Assembly: GCA_964016885.1 (NCBI GenBank)
Contig: OZ024743.1
Coordinates: forward strand, 161,944,001-162,008,000
Length of the DNA stretch: 64,000 bases
Direction: 5' to 3'
Source of the DNA: Eledone cirrhosa
Lineage: Eukaryota
In this document: piece after piece, positions 13,101 through 28,100 of the stretch
Layout: the number at the start of each line of letters is the position of its first letter
How positions within the stretch are numbered: position 1 is the stretch's first letter
The notes under the pieces: generated by a model
The model's input: the letters and a program-made list of their open reading frames with translations, nothing else
Told to the model about the DNA's origin: nothing
Database searches by the model: none
Translations under genes and position numbers: made by a program

Positions 13101-16100
13101 TATATATATATTATATATATATATGTGTATGTGTGTTGTGCATTGATGCATCATGTATATATATATGTGGTAACCAGGAACCATACCTGCAGATTTCACG
13201 CAGCCAACCTTGTACTGATTGAGGGGTTAAATGTTAGTATAGTCAGCTAAACAAAGTTGACTGCATAAAACCTTTAAGTATTGTTCATAAGTACTGTAAA
13301 GCATTAGTCTCAATGAGATTTTAGCTCAGAATATAAGAGGTCATAACAAAATATTGCAAACTATATTGTTTAGCATCTCACTAATTCTACCATTAACTGC
13401 TATTGGCTCAGACTTATAATAGCTTTGACCAGCAGCACTTCATCTTTTTCAGTAAGTTTATCTTCCTTATTTTATTCATAATCTTAATCTTTGCATTGTT
13501 GCCTTTAATTTCTCTTAACTTTCTCAACTACTACTTCTCTATTGTAGTGGTGCACCTGAGAAAAAAATGGGCATCAAAGCTTCCAATACCGCTGAAGTCT
13601 ATTTTGACAATGTGAAAGTTCCTAAAGAGAATCTTTTAGGAGGTAAATAGAATTATTATTAGTTTTATCCCACCATTCTATTTCATTACTTCATCAATAC
13701 ATACAAATGAAGCCATTACTGCTTTTTTTGTCAATTCTCCCTACCTTCAATGTCACTATAATTAGTTTAGCCTTCCAATCTAATATAGCATTACTAAAAT
13801 TGCATCTCTTTAGGGCAAGAAAGTACTTCAACTGTAATCATTTGCTGACCTTTAAGGAAGTACAGGGGTAACCCCCAGATGCTGCTGCATGCACAAACAT
13901 CCTAGTTTGCTTTCAAAAGAGGCCATTGGACGATTGACAAACACTCACTTAGCGATACATTACAACCACTTGTTCATAAACAGATTCTGCTCCTTTCGAA
14001 TAGATAGTTGCAAACTGCCTCCACCCAAGCCTAACTGACACACCTGTCTTCACACATAATTCTTCAAGTACTACTTAGACCGACCCTTTCTCCACAGTGT
14101 TATTCTTCTGGAATCCCATCTTTGCATCATTTTACAGATGTTCAGTCTGACCCATGATGGAGGGCCTGCAATAGTTGTGGGAATTGACCTTTCTTTCTGA
14201 CTAACCCATAACAATAAGGTATAATCAGGCTTACACCTTTGATCTATATATTTTACCATTATCCTATTACCAAAATTTGGGTCACTGTATTTACTACTGC
14301 TGACTTGGAACCAAACAACTGCAACTATTAAAGGTCAGTGTACAAATTGGCATTTTCAGCCAGATAAACTGCCTTGTATATCATCATCACCACCACCATC
14401 ACTTACCACTATCATCATTCATTAACATGGGGTGGGGAATCGGCTGGGCTGTTAAAGTGTCAGATTTATATTATTTATCCCAGTCCTTTGTGTTCCGAGT
14501 TCAAATCCTGCCAAAGCCAATTTTGTGTTTCATCCAATAAGGGTTGATAAAGTGCCAGTCAAGTACTGAGTTTCATTTCTCCTCCACCCCACCCCTCTCT
14601 CAATCAGCTACATGGAGAGGTCAAGAAAAGAATATTCAGATTGCAGCCTCCACCAATTCTCTTACCACCATTCTGTGGACACAAGAAAGAAATATCATCA
14701 TAATCAACATCATCATCTTCATCTGTGTCCTGAGATCTGACTTCAACACTCCTTCTGACATTTCCCTAAACTTTAATAATAAAAATTATTCAATAATAAA
14801 ACTGAAATAATAATATTTCTTATTTCATTTTCAGATGCTGGTGAAGGTTTTAAAGTTGCCATGAATATATTAAACAATGGTCGTTTTGGAATGGCAGCCT
14901 GCCTTTCTGGCACAATGAAAACATGTATACAAGCAGCAGTAAGTTAGATCTTTTCTTCTTTTACTAGTTTCAGTTATTGAACTGTGACTATGCTGGGTAT
15001 AGTTATATTTCTATCTACCTGTATTCAACTGCTACCTTATTTTATTGACCTTGGAAGGATGAAAGACAAAGTAATTTTGGGCAAAATTTGACTTTAGAAC
15101 TACAAGGTATTTTGTTCTATGCTTTACAAACTATGTTAGACTATATTTATGAAGTTCATAGTATATCATAGCTTCACCTAAACATGTATTTGGTAGTATA
15201 AGATACAAACAAATATTTGCTCCTATCTGCTGAAATGATACAACCACACTGGTCAAAAAGGAAAATGTAAATCTGTGAATTCTTTGTTCTAGAAGAGGGG
15301 CTGTGCCAAGGGGCTATGTAGGCGCCATGTGACTAGTGAGGTCAATATGTTACATGTTCATCACAAACTGCAGGAAAACATTGTGAGGAGGAAGTATTGG
15401 ACATAGTGTTTAATGCCAGGCTTAGAGAGCTAGACAGAATATAGGTGATGGGAATAGGAGAGACAAATAAGTTGAGTGAGCTTGTGCAAAGATGGCAGAA
15501 ATCTGATTCCAAGAAGCATATGTCACTGTAGTAGTAGTAGAAGGAGAAGACAGCACATCTGTGGGCCAGAGGTTGGATGAAGGGTATTTATAGGACTACA
15601 AGTCAGTCAGGTGGCTTATTTTGTTTGTGGTTTAGGATGTCCATGTGTGCAGCAGTAGCATCATCATTCCAGATATGAGAGTACCATTCCTATGTGGACC
15701 TTATTTCAGCTAATACGGGATACATGTAGTTTAGATAGTAGGGTGGAAGAATTCTTATTTTTTCTCACCTGTTGTAAAAATCAATAAAAATAAAAATTCT
15801 ATTAATATTGGTTTCTCACACAATTCCATGTTTTATGAGAAATTATATTGACTTGTACTTTATTTTATTGGCCCCAGAAAAATGAAAGGCAAAATTGAAA
15901 AGGGTATTCAGCGTTGTTGTTGGCAAGATGGTTAATAATTTTGTGGGTGTTTGACTGAGGAAGGAAAGGGGTAGTGACAAACTATAGAAAACAGTGACCA
16001 GCATTCGAATATTTGTTCATACATTGACTATTATTATTGTGTGAGTATATGTGTGTTTTATATCACTTGTGTGAGTGTATGTGTATGAATGCATGTGTGT

Positions 16101-19100
16101 TTGTATATTATCTATGTTAGTTGTGGATAGTTTTTTCACAAAAAAGTTTGTAATAATATAATTATTAAACTAAAATTTTGGTTTTGTACCCTTTTTATAT
16201 TGCAAATAGTATAATTAGCCATCATTTTTGATGGAACAGAGCCAGCTAATATTAAATAATTAAAATATTTTTTAAGACAAATGATTTCAACTAGGTTATT
16301 TCCAAAATATCTTTCTGCGGACAAAATATTGAATTCTTCAAAATGTTATAGGTTTTGTGATAGAGGATCTCTCTTGAAATGAATATGTTATTTTATCATT
16401 TAGGGGAGGAATGATTATATATTGCTATTTTTAATATATTCCTAATGCTGGATACATTTTATTTGCATTTAGGCTGCACATGCAAGTCAACGAACACAGT
16501 TTGGTCGCCGTATTGACAGTTTCGGAACCATTCAGGAGAAGTTAGCAAGAATGAGTATGTATCAATATGTTACAGAGGTAAGTTTGTGGTTTATCGATTT
16601 ACAGTACTAAATTACCAACACAATAGAACTGTTATGTTAGTAGACAACCAGCTCTGACAGAAACTAGATTGATAAATCTGTTTATTAGCAACTGTTCTAA
16701 GTGTAATTAAAGACAGGTCTTCTATTTTCCAGTCAATGGCTTACATGGTGTCTGCTAACATGGACCAAGGTTCTACAGAGTTCCAGATTGAAGCTGCTAT
16801 CAGCAAGATTTATGCTTCTGTTAGTACTTTTTCACTTCTTCAGTTTACTATTTTTTGTTGTTGTTTTTATGGGTGTTGTTGAATAATTTGACTCTATGGT
16901 CTGAAGTGGTTGCAGCTGTTATAAAAACTAACATTGTAACCTCCCCCTAAAAAAAAACTTCATTTTTTTTAATGGCAAACTTCCACTCGCTTTGTCTCTG
17001 CTGTTACTGATCCAATAGTTCCTGTCCATTAGAATGATCAGGCTGTGTATCCTCAGTACCCCAACTCACTTGATAAACCCACCTCTTCCTTTCTTAGTTG
17101 TCTTTCACTCCACCAAACTCTGCACTAAACACCTTACTTAATGACACTTACCCACAACTGCAATCTTATCCATGTTTCCCTACAGCCATTGAAGTTCAAA
17201 CTGACCTTCAACTACGTCAACCTCAATAGTTAGGGAAAGCTAGGCTATGTCCACTGTCCTGCTTCTTTGAAGTGCTAGCAGAAAGAAAGAGTAAGGCTTG
17301 GCAAGGTTTGAAATCAAAACAGTGCAGTATCAGCCATCTCAGATTTTTGCTTAGAATCCAATATTTGGTACTTGAAAGGTATTATATATATATATATATA
17401 TACAAGTTCTGGTATTCAAAATACTGATTCTGAGACATAAGGTATATTTTATAGTTGGGAAGTAATATAGATGAAGGATTCAACCTGAGTATTTTATGGG
17501 TATTGCTTTTATCAATATTATCAACATCAGTGAGATTTGAGCTTGTAATTTGGAGGGAAAGGTAGAAAAGTATAAAGCGGATCAATTATGTTAAATTGAA
17601 CCTATTCCATGGTTTCCAGTAAGAGAAGGGCTCTGTGTTAATAATGAATAATATTGAGGAATATTAATCTATCTGATCAGTTTATTTTCTCATTATACCA
17701 TCACTGTTGAGAAAATGGTGCAACTAGCTTTACAGTTTCTGAGATGTCATCTTATGTGGTATAATTTCTCCAAGCTTGACAGAAGTATTGGTAATATATT
17801 GGAGCTGACTGATGGTGGTAATTTGGCAGAATTAGTAGAGGGTTGGATAAAATGATGTTGCAATATTTGTTCTAATTCTTTACATTCAGAGTTCAAATCG
17901 CATCAAAATCAACTTTGCTTTTCATTCTTCTGAAGTCACTATTGGGATTTATTTAATCAACTCTGTCCTTCCCCTAAATTTGCTGGCCTTGTGCCTAAAC
18001 TACAACTCAATATATTGGAGTTACATCATATCCAATCATTATTAAAATAATAAAGAATTATTAAAAGAATAAATGCACTAAATTATTTTATGACTGTAGT
18101 TTATGATGATGGTTTTATCTTAAAGAATATTGTTTATCAAAAATATTCTTTTACTTTTCTTGTCCAATCAGGAAGCTGCCTGGTATTGTGCTGATGAGGC
18201 TGTACAGATCCTTGGTGGAATGGGTTATATGAAGGTAAGACAACTGCCTATATTGCATTTGGTGAACAATAATTTTGTTGGTTACAGGTTTCTAATGGGC
18301 TAATCATTGATTCATTTCTGATGAAGAGAGCAATGCAGGACTGTCAGTGAAACTTGGATGGAATAAATACTACACATTATTTTTACTCAAAAGTATTTGC
18401 TTTTCAGTTTTCATGTGGAAAGATATACACATGAATACATATCCTCCTGCCATCATTATTTTATGTCATTTTTCCATGCTTCTATGAGTTGGATGAATCT
18501 TCCTCCGCATGTTGTGGTCTCTTGTCATCGTGTTGAGGTTCAGCTTTTTGAGAGGCTTTTATGTCTTCCTTGATCTCCCTCTTCTGCAGGTATCTTCTAC
18601 TTGGATATCTTGGCATTTCTTTACATAGGTTCTATATACATCATATGCAGTCTTTCTCTTTATCTTGCTCACTACATTTGATTCTTCTTATGCTAAGTTT
18701 TTCTCTCGGCTCATTTGTGATTGATCATTCACAGGTACTACAGATTATTACACATCCAATGGAGCAATCTCACCTCATTTCCTTCTAGCTTTTCCCATGT
18801 TTCACTATCACAGGTCCATTTGTTGCCAGCAGATCTAACAACTCTCTGTATTTTTCCATACCATCCTTAATCTAACTACTATGCTTTCAGAACAACCAGC
18901 TTCACTACTGATTAGGTGTTCATGATAACAGGTGTCATCTACTACTAGGAAGCTTTCCAGACATTTATATATATCATGATCATCATCATTTAATGTCTGC
19001 CTTCCCTGCTAGCAAGAGTTGGACAGGTCTACATAGACCAAGTCAATACTAAAACTGGGCTACTGACCTCACAGACAGGTTGAGGAATCTGTATCCTGCT

Positions 19101-22100
19101 TACGTATGGTCATATGTTCTATTGAGTGCAGAGGAGAAGTTGTCTTTTGACACAAACTGAAGGGCCTTCCCAATCCCTTGTTTGGCAAGCTTTCTATGAC
19201 TGGATGCCCTTCTTATCACCAACCACTTTACAGCGTGTATTGGGTGCATTTATCATGTAGTTCACCATCACTATGGAGGTTGTCATGTCCTTGACACAAC
19301 TGAAGGGTCTTCCCAACCCTTTGTTTAGCAAGCTGTCTACGGCTGGATGCCTTTCCTAACACTAATCACTTTACAGTGTGTACTGGGTGCGTTTCTTGGA
19401 TAGATCACCAATACTAGAGAGGTTGTGTCTTTGAGACAATTAAAGGGTCCTCTCAACCCATTTAGGCATGGTTTCTACAGCAGGGTGCCTTTCTGTTGCC
19501 AACCACCTTTACTGAGAGAGATAAGTATGAAGTTATACGTGATTTGGTTGTGGCATTTGTGCGTGTGTATGTCTGTGTGCGTATATGTCTGGAAAAAAGA
19601 ATGGATAGATTGATATCTCTCTATATTTCTGTCTTTTTCTTTCTTTCTCTGTTTTTCTGCTACTGTCAATATATATATTAAATTTGATGTTTACACTGTA
19701 CTGTATTGAGTACCTTACTTACTATGGTTTCTCGCAATTGAACCCAAGACTCACATGTGGTAAAGGAATTGAACTATCTTTGAGTGGAAATAGTACCACT
19801 GACCTGTTAAATTTCACTTTCTCTCTCTCTCTCTCATATAACTACAATTACCTCCTGTGTTTTGTTCGTTCATTTTTAACTATATATATATATATATCAT
19901 CATCATCATCATCATCATCATTTTACGTTCGCTTTTCCCTGCTTGCCAGGGTGTGACAGGCCCTATTCAGCACAGCATCTCTCCACTTGTCACGGTCCTT
20001 TGCCATCTCCTCCGTGAGCTTCAGCTATCTGAGGTCTGCTCTCACCACCTCCGCCCATGCTTTTCGTGGTCTTCCTCTACTGCTTCTTCCTTCTACTGGC
20101 ATAATATATATACAGAGAGAGAGATTTATCTGGTCCATATCTATTCAAAAATAGTTCAATTCCTTGACCACAGATGGTGAGGGGGCTATAACAGGTCAGT
20201 AACCAGAGATCTGTAATCTTAATACACGGTCACAAATTTGGTATGGAAGCATGCAAAGACAACTCACTTTGTTTACTACACTACTGATTTTACCAATTCA
20301 TCTCCCTTCTTAAATAATCAGTTAAAATGAATATGAAAGTGTATGTGTGTTTTTAATGATCAGAATGATTTATTATGATATAATTGTTTTATTCCCAACA
20401 CACTCTTCTATATATATAAAACTGAGGATGTCTGTCTGTGTGTGTGTGAGTTTGAATCCCTAAACCGACTGTTTTCAAACTTTACACATGTAATACTTTT
20501 GTTTCAGGGAGTGTTCTGAGCAAAAAAAATTTCAAATTTTCAATGCCCTAGGGACTGCATTAGGCGATTTAGCGATCTCTCTCTATAATTCTTAGTCTTT
20601 CTCTTTTTAGATAGATACATACATATAACGTCGCGCCCTTATAATATCTGTCTGTATGTCTGCTGTCTGCATTACATCACTTCCCACAATTCCCTCTGCG
20701 TCCAGAACGCGCCCTTATAATATCTGTCTGTATGTCTGGCTGTCTGCTGCTTCTGGTTATTCTGCCACCCTTGCTCAAGACAAATCTCACACTCATTCTC
20801 CAAACAGTTGGTAAGTGCACACAACTTCTTCCTCACGTTTTAAGCCACAGTGTTGTTTACTTATGTACCACCAGACCCTTACTTCTTTGCCAGCCGTGGT
20901 TGTGGCAATACTAAGCTTAGCTAAGGCGGTTATATATTTCACAATACCTTATCCCGTGCAACACTGGGTACCACTGCTAGTATAAAATATATGCAAGGAT
21001 AGATTCAACTATTGTGAAACTTTTTTTGAAAAAAGTGCAATGTTTCAAACTACAGCTTATAAAATTTTTACCAGAAGTAGCATAAAATTTAATTCACTGT
21101 CATCATCATCATTTTAAATAAACTTGGGTTAAATGGGTTGTCATGTTTTCATACTGGACAAGCTGGAGAACTTCACCTTGCTCGTATGTTCCATTAAAAA
21201 GAAAATTATGGTTCTCTTTATTTTTAATCTTTTAATATAGGAAGCTCAGCTGGAGAGAGTCATCAGAGATTTAAGAATATTTCGTATATTTGAAGGAACC
21301 AATGATATTCTGCGATTATTTGTTGCTTTGACTGGAATCCAGGTGAGATTGTTTAAGTATCATCATCATTTTACATCTGTTAACCATGAAGGCATGACTT
21401 GGATAAGTGTTATGGTCTGAGTCAATTCTTATTTGGATTTACTAGATGGGTTGGTTAACTACATCTCTCTCGCACATCCATTTTGGCATGGTTTCTGTGG
21501 CTGAATGCCCTTTCTTACACCAACCACTTTACAGAATGTCTTAAGCCCAGAGGCTCATCAGGCAGTGCTTATCCTGGTTTCCATGGTATATGATTCCCTC
21601 CTGGACAGGATGCCAGTCCATTGCAGGGTTAAACACCCCAGCGATTACTGGTACATATTTTCAGCTGATTATACTGGAGCAATGGGAAATGAAGTGTTTG
21701 CTCAAGAACACAATTCACAACCTAACCCAGGGATTGAACCCATGACATTATGATTGTAAGTCCAATACCCTTACCACTAGGCCATATGCCTCAACTTTTT
21801 TATAGAATGTACAGGATACATTTTATCATCAGTCAAATCCTTGACAAGTCTAAAGATTCCTCTCTACTTTATGTCATCTCTATTTGTTAGTTCACAGATC
21901 ACTTTACAGAGTGTGTACTATGTGCATTTTATCATGGCACCTACATATAGAGGTTGCCTTGTCCCCTGCAAAACTAAAGATTCCTCTCTATTATACATTG
22001 TCTACCACAGTGAGCAGAGCCTGTCACAATGTACTGTGTCTACTACAGTGAGTAGAGCCTGTCATAATAGGCAGTGTCTAACTGATTTGACTAAAGTCTC

Positions 22101-25100
22101 TTTAATCCTTGTCATTTCAGTATGCTGGTTCACATCTGAAAGAACTGCAGAAAGCTTTAAAGAACCCTACAAGTAACCTCGGTCTCATATTTGATGTTGG
22201 AGCTATCCGAGCCAAAAGGTTTGTCTATTTAATTTTGATGTTTTTTTTCTATCTGAAAAATATTTCTTTTGATAAAGCACATTCCTTCATGTTCTATGTC
22301 CAAATCCTCTGAGAATTGACTTTGCCTTTCATTCTTTCAGAATCATTAGAATAAATAGCAGTTAAATATTAGGATCAATCCAGTTACTGACTATATTACC
22401 TTGCTCAAATTACTGTTCATGTGCTTATCCAAGATATTGTTATTAACTTTTTCGTTTAACTCAACTTCTTGATAACTTTGCACATCCTCTTTATATGTAA
22501 TGTACCATTATCAACTACATGTTTTTGGTACTATATTTTTTATTGGTTTGGTCTTGGGGAAAGCTATGCCTATGGCTTTTGTAGACTCTTTATGATTGGG
22601 GAGATCTGTACTATTAATATTCCTTTTGAACAGGTGCCTTTTGATAGAGGTGTGAAAAACGTGTAGTAAGGGTATTCCAGAGGGCTGATATTTTGGGAAG
22701 GAAGGACTAAATAGAGGACAAAGGTGAAGAGTGTCTAAATCATGTAGCACAAGATTAGCCTATGCCAAGGGGCTGAAACCATTGTAGTAGCAGTAGAAAA
22801 TGCTGAGATGGGAGACAGTCTGTGTTTGAGATGGAGTGAGTTGCTGAATTATGATCAACTACATTTTAGCCTTGACTATCCCATATTTTTTCAGACATAG
22901 TGTATCTGTGTGTATCTACGATTACATAATTCAATGAGGAGATCTATTGAGGGAGCCTCAAAGTGTTTTCAACCCTTGCATTTTGAATATAATATAGTCA
23001 TTGTATGTTGTTATTTGAGCCTTACACACCACCCTGTTACACCAATCTTATATTTTCAGATTGGTTGGTTTAAATTCTGGCCCTTCATTAAAAGAATATG
23101 TCCATCCAGAGCTGATAAAAGTAGCTGATAAGGTTGGTAAAAATTTCAATTTATCTTAATTTGTCTTGATTGGATGTTTTTCCACAGTCTCCAGTTGTTT
23201 TGATGAAGAGGTATAGAGGGGTCAGCATTATTTATCATTGGTTTAATGTTTGTCTTGGTGTCTAGTAATCTCCTCTCATAGTCAACACTACCCCAGCAGA
23301 CAGTTGACTGATCCATATAGCCAGCACACCTGACTACATTCTTTGTCAGGCTATATTTAAGTGGTGTACTGTACAATATGGTCAGGTCCTGTGGGAAGTC
23401 AACCCTTGTTTGATCTTTTGACCTTGTGCAGTATGTGTGTTTGGCTTTGTGGTGTGTTGAAATCTGTCCTTGTGTAGTATGGGAGTCTAGTCTTTTGCAG
23501 TATAGTAGTTGACCATGTACAGTATAGAAGTGTGGCCTTGTCAGTGTTGTAGTTTGACATTATTATAAGAAGAGCATTATGAGCCTTCAGACATTATTGA
23601 TATTGAAGTAATGAGTCTGTCATGTCTTGTATTTGCCTGGGCTGAATAGCTTTGGAAGGAATTTCAGGGTGATGTTGAAGTACTCTTCAAAAATATTGCT
23701 AAAATCTATATGTAGAATGTCTGTTGATGATTGTGACTGTTATTTAAAGAATTGTATTATGCAAAATATATTGTGGTCATGAATTGCAACCCTTTGAGCA
23801 AAAGTCAACAATGTTCTTGCTAGGCTGGAGTTTTCAGAACAAAGCATCAAGGTTAAGAGAAAGTATTAAAAAATAATTCATCAAACAGTATGACTCAACA
23901 GATGAATTAATCAGATTCGGGAAGCCAGTGTTTCTTTTTGTTTTTCTTAATTAAAAATCTTAATAATTGAATACAATTCTCTAGCAATACAACTGGCTAC
24001 AGTAACAGTTCTCAGTTTGTGTTTGCTTTATAAGCAGATATTTCCGTAAGGTTGGGATATATACCAATATGTAAGAAAAATCTGAAATATGTGTTTCTTT
24101 CAATTGTTTCTCTTTTATTTGTAAGACATAGTTGCGAGGATTAAGCAGTTAGACATGTTGTGTCAAGGACATGATAGCCTCCCTAGTGTTGGTGATCTCC
24201 ACGATAAATGCACGCAGTACAACCTGTAATGTGGTTGGTGATAGTATAAGCATCCAGCCATAGAAAGCTTGCCAAACAAAGGGTTGGGAGGACCCTTCAG
24301 TTGTGTTGAAGACATGACAACCTCTCCTGTTCACTAGGTGGAATATGAGAGCATATGTTTGTATGATACGAAAGTGATATGCATCTTGGCCAAATACACA
24401 GATTAATGGATACTGGAGTGCATCATATGATCATTAGGTTGCATTTATGCACTGCTGCTTATTTCCTCTTCCTTGAATAAGAATATCTCTCCTCTCATAC
24501 TCCTCGCCAGTAATAATTGCTGCTACTTCATTTGCAGCGGGGCATTGTAGCAGCCTCTATGTCCACCAACAGGCTTTTTGTCTGCATCAATAAACACTTT
24601 GTACTCAGTGGGTGTTTCAGATTCCAATGCATATTTGAAACTTCTGATTTTGCAGGCAACATATCTTAGTGATCAAACATCTTTCAAAACCCTGCTTTCA
24701 AATTTGGAAGGTTCAATGACCATTGCAAAGCCTGCTCCTTGTAATTTGCCACAAAATATTACTGCAAAAAATGCGGATTTTTTCCCCTTCAGTTGGCAAC
24801 AAAGATCTAATATGATGGTATACTTGACCTTGAACCTTAAAGGTTGGTTTGAAGTTTCCTTCTCTTATAGGAGGTCCTTTGGAAAGCAGAATTGTAACTT
24901 CTAATGTTTTTCAAGAAGTGCATTTAAGATGTCTTTGTAGATGGGAGGCTAGCATCATTGGAGCTCAGTGTGTTATTGCGCTTATTATTATCACCTCACT
25001 TTGATAATACCAAATTAACTCTGTGTCTCTTTGTGGTAAAGTGTGTTTGTGTTGTAGTTAACCTTAGTATCGCTTAACTTTCTAAGACTGATATAAAACG

Positions 25101-28100
25101 ACTTTATAAAAGCTAACACAGTGTGGCTAGACTTCAAATGTTACTTTGATCCTAACAATATTGTGCTTTTATATTTTAAGACTATTCTAGACTCTTGTGG
25201 AACACTAAAGAAGTATCACAATAACACACACACACACACATGTATCTTCACTGGCGCACACAGAAGCAAACATACCGGTGAAAAAATTTAGAAGTATAAA
25301 TTTGCATTCGTTTGTTTTGGAATTTACAAAGCATAATGTTTCATGAGAAAGAGAGAAAAGAGAAGGCACTCTGTAACTCTTTCTCTGCTAATACTTACTT
25401 ACTTTCCTTCCCCCTCTCCTCTCTCACTACCATGATCACTGCTACAATAGCTTAGCATTGTCTCACACACATACATGTATCTTCACTGACGCACACACAC
25501 ACACACAAATGCTTGTATTTTTTCACTGACACATACAAACGTATGTATCTTCCCATGTACACAGAAGCAAACATACAGCCTCTCTCTCCCACTACCATCT
25601 CTCTCTTTGTGTGAGTTCTCTTTCAGTTTCTTCTACTCCACTTCAAACTTGTTCTCTCTCTCTCTCTGTCACTTTCTTGTTCTGTGTTTCTCTCCCTCTC
25701 TCTCTCACATCTCACTTTGCCTTTCTATTACTTTCTCTCTCTCTCTTTTCCCCCCTCTCCATCAGTCAATGCCATTGTGAAACAGATATACAAATACACA
25801 GATATCTGAAAATATTATATAGATTAACATATAAATGGCTGAGTATTCCACAGATAAATGAACACAACACAATTTTTAAGCCAAATTATTGAATGGAGAT
25901 AGAAAGAGATGTGTTTACTCAACGTCTTTGGCAAGACCAACATTATCTGTTGTAGTGTGTGATGAAAAACATTTAATAAAAATAAAATTCATAAAAGTGC
26001 CAAAAACAAATTTTAAAAATTTGTTTAAAAACTGCAGAGACAATTTCTACATCCATAAAAATGTGTGTGTGTGTGTGTGTGTACTTATACATGTTTGTCT
26101 ATGAATATAAACAAACTCCATAGTCTTCGCTGGGAGAATGAGTATATATATATATAGCGTTTCTGAATTTGTTTAGCAAGATTCTTTATCTGAAAACGTG
26201 TGTTGAAACCGATATTGTTATACTTTGGGAGGGTCATGTTGCCAATAAGAAACACACGCACCAGTTGCTTTCACTTCAATTTATTATAATAAATTTATAA
26301 ATTTAGGAATTTATAAATTTCCGGTTGGTTGGTTGGTTCCACAACCAGATGGTTGTTTATATATTGTCAAAGTTCTTTCGTCACACATTCTGTGACCTCT
26401 TCAGTGACTGGGGATTCTTTTCTTTGTTTTTGTGCCTCTCCTTTGTTCTGTCCTACGCCATCTTGTTTTTGTGTGTGTTGTGTGATTAGTTTGCGCATGT
26501 GTTACATCCGGGTGTCTGCGTGTGTTTATATTTGTTTATTTATTTATTTATTTACATGTTACTGGTTGGTTGTTTGTTCTATGTACGTGTGTTTTCATTT
26601 TGTCCTTAATTGTAAGTTGTGATGTTGCTGTTCCATTCATGTTTTCTATTTTATTTTGGTTGGAGTTCATTTATGTTTATTGCCTCTGTGATTTGTCTAA
26701 ACATTGCATCTTTTCTGTGTGTAGATTCTATTTTTATTTCTATGTTCTCTAATTTACCCTTATGTTCTATTTTAGCATGTTGGTAGAGTACAGATGATTC
26801 TTTACTATCTTGAAGGTCTCGCCAGTGTTCATTTATCCGTTCCCTATACTACAAGCTGTCTCACCTATGTACACTATATTCTTATCTCTACATTGTCCTT
26901 CAGTACATCTTATGCTATATACTACATTTCTAGTTTTACAGTTAATATGGGGGCTTAATTTACAGATTATATATTTCTTATCTATACAGGGAGGTCTTTG
27001 AAAAGGGTATGTATTGCTAATAAGTGTTTTTATGGAGGTACCTGGTCTTTCTACTATCTTAATATTGCCCTACAAGACCAGCAAGAGGCAGACCACCTAC
27101 CATTACCTCAATGGCCAAGAAAACCCACACAGATAGATGGAACGGGTGGACCAGAGCCATACGGACCCCTGAAAACCACGATGAACTAAGGAAAATGATT
27201 GCACATGCGGTGGGGGCTAGCATAAAATTAACCCTTAAGGAACATATGTTCAAATTTAATGGAGGAGGGAGCAGCCATTGGTGTTAGCATTGCAGGTGAC
27301 ATAGCTAACCTATTCATGGTATGGTGGGACAATAGACTTAAACTTAAACTTAAAGAACAATTAGAAGACAGCAACCCCTTAACCCTGATAATGTACTCCC
27401 GCTACGTTGATGATATAAACATCGTAGTAAAAACACCCCACTAGAGAACAGTCAGGAATTAGAGAAAAACACCATGGAAAGCATCCAGCAAATAGCTAAC
27501 TCCATCCACCAGAGTATTAGAGTTACTATAGAAACTCTAATACTCAAGCAAACACCCCAACCATCGATTACCTGTACTAGACACAGAGCTCTGGTTAGAT
27601 ACCATTAATAACAAAAAACAAATCCTCCATTCCCATTATGCCAAACCCATGACTTCCAAATATCTGATCCACCGAAACTCAGCTGTTTCGGACCATACCA
27701 AAATGAACATACTGATTGCGGATTTGGTACGGGTGATGAGAAACGTGTCCCGCATGTGCAACCCCAAAGAACTAGATAGACACATACAACACTTCATCCA
27801 CCGTATGCAGTTCTCTGGTTACAATCAGAGAGATAAAATCAGAGTATATAGAGGAGCCAGAACCAAATGGGAAAAAATGGTAAATAATGACACAAATGGG
27901 ACCTACCCCTTGTATAGGAGCAAATTTTGGAATAGAATAGAAAGAACTAGGAATAAGGTTAATAGAGTAAACTCATGGTATGATAGCAATAAATACCAGA
28001 GTGTAATGTTCATCAATACAACCCCTAGAGGTGAATAATTAGCTTACAAATTTAGAAGTGCCTTAGATAAACATAAACTCAATATTAAGATAGTAGAAAG

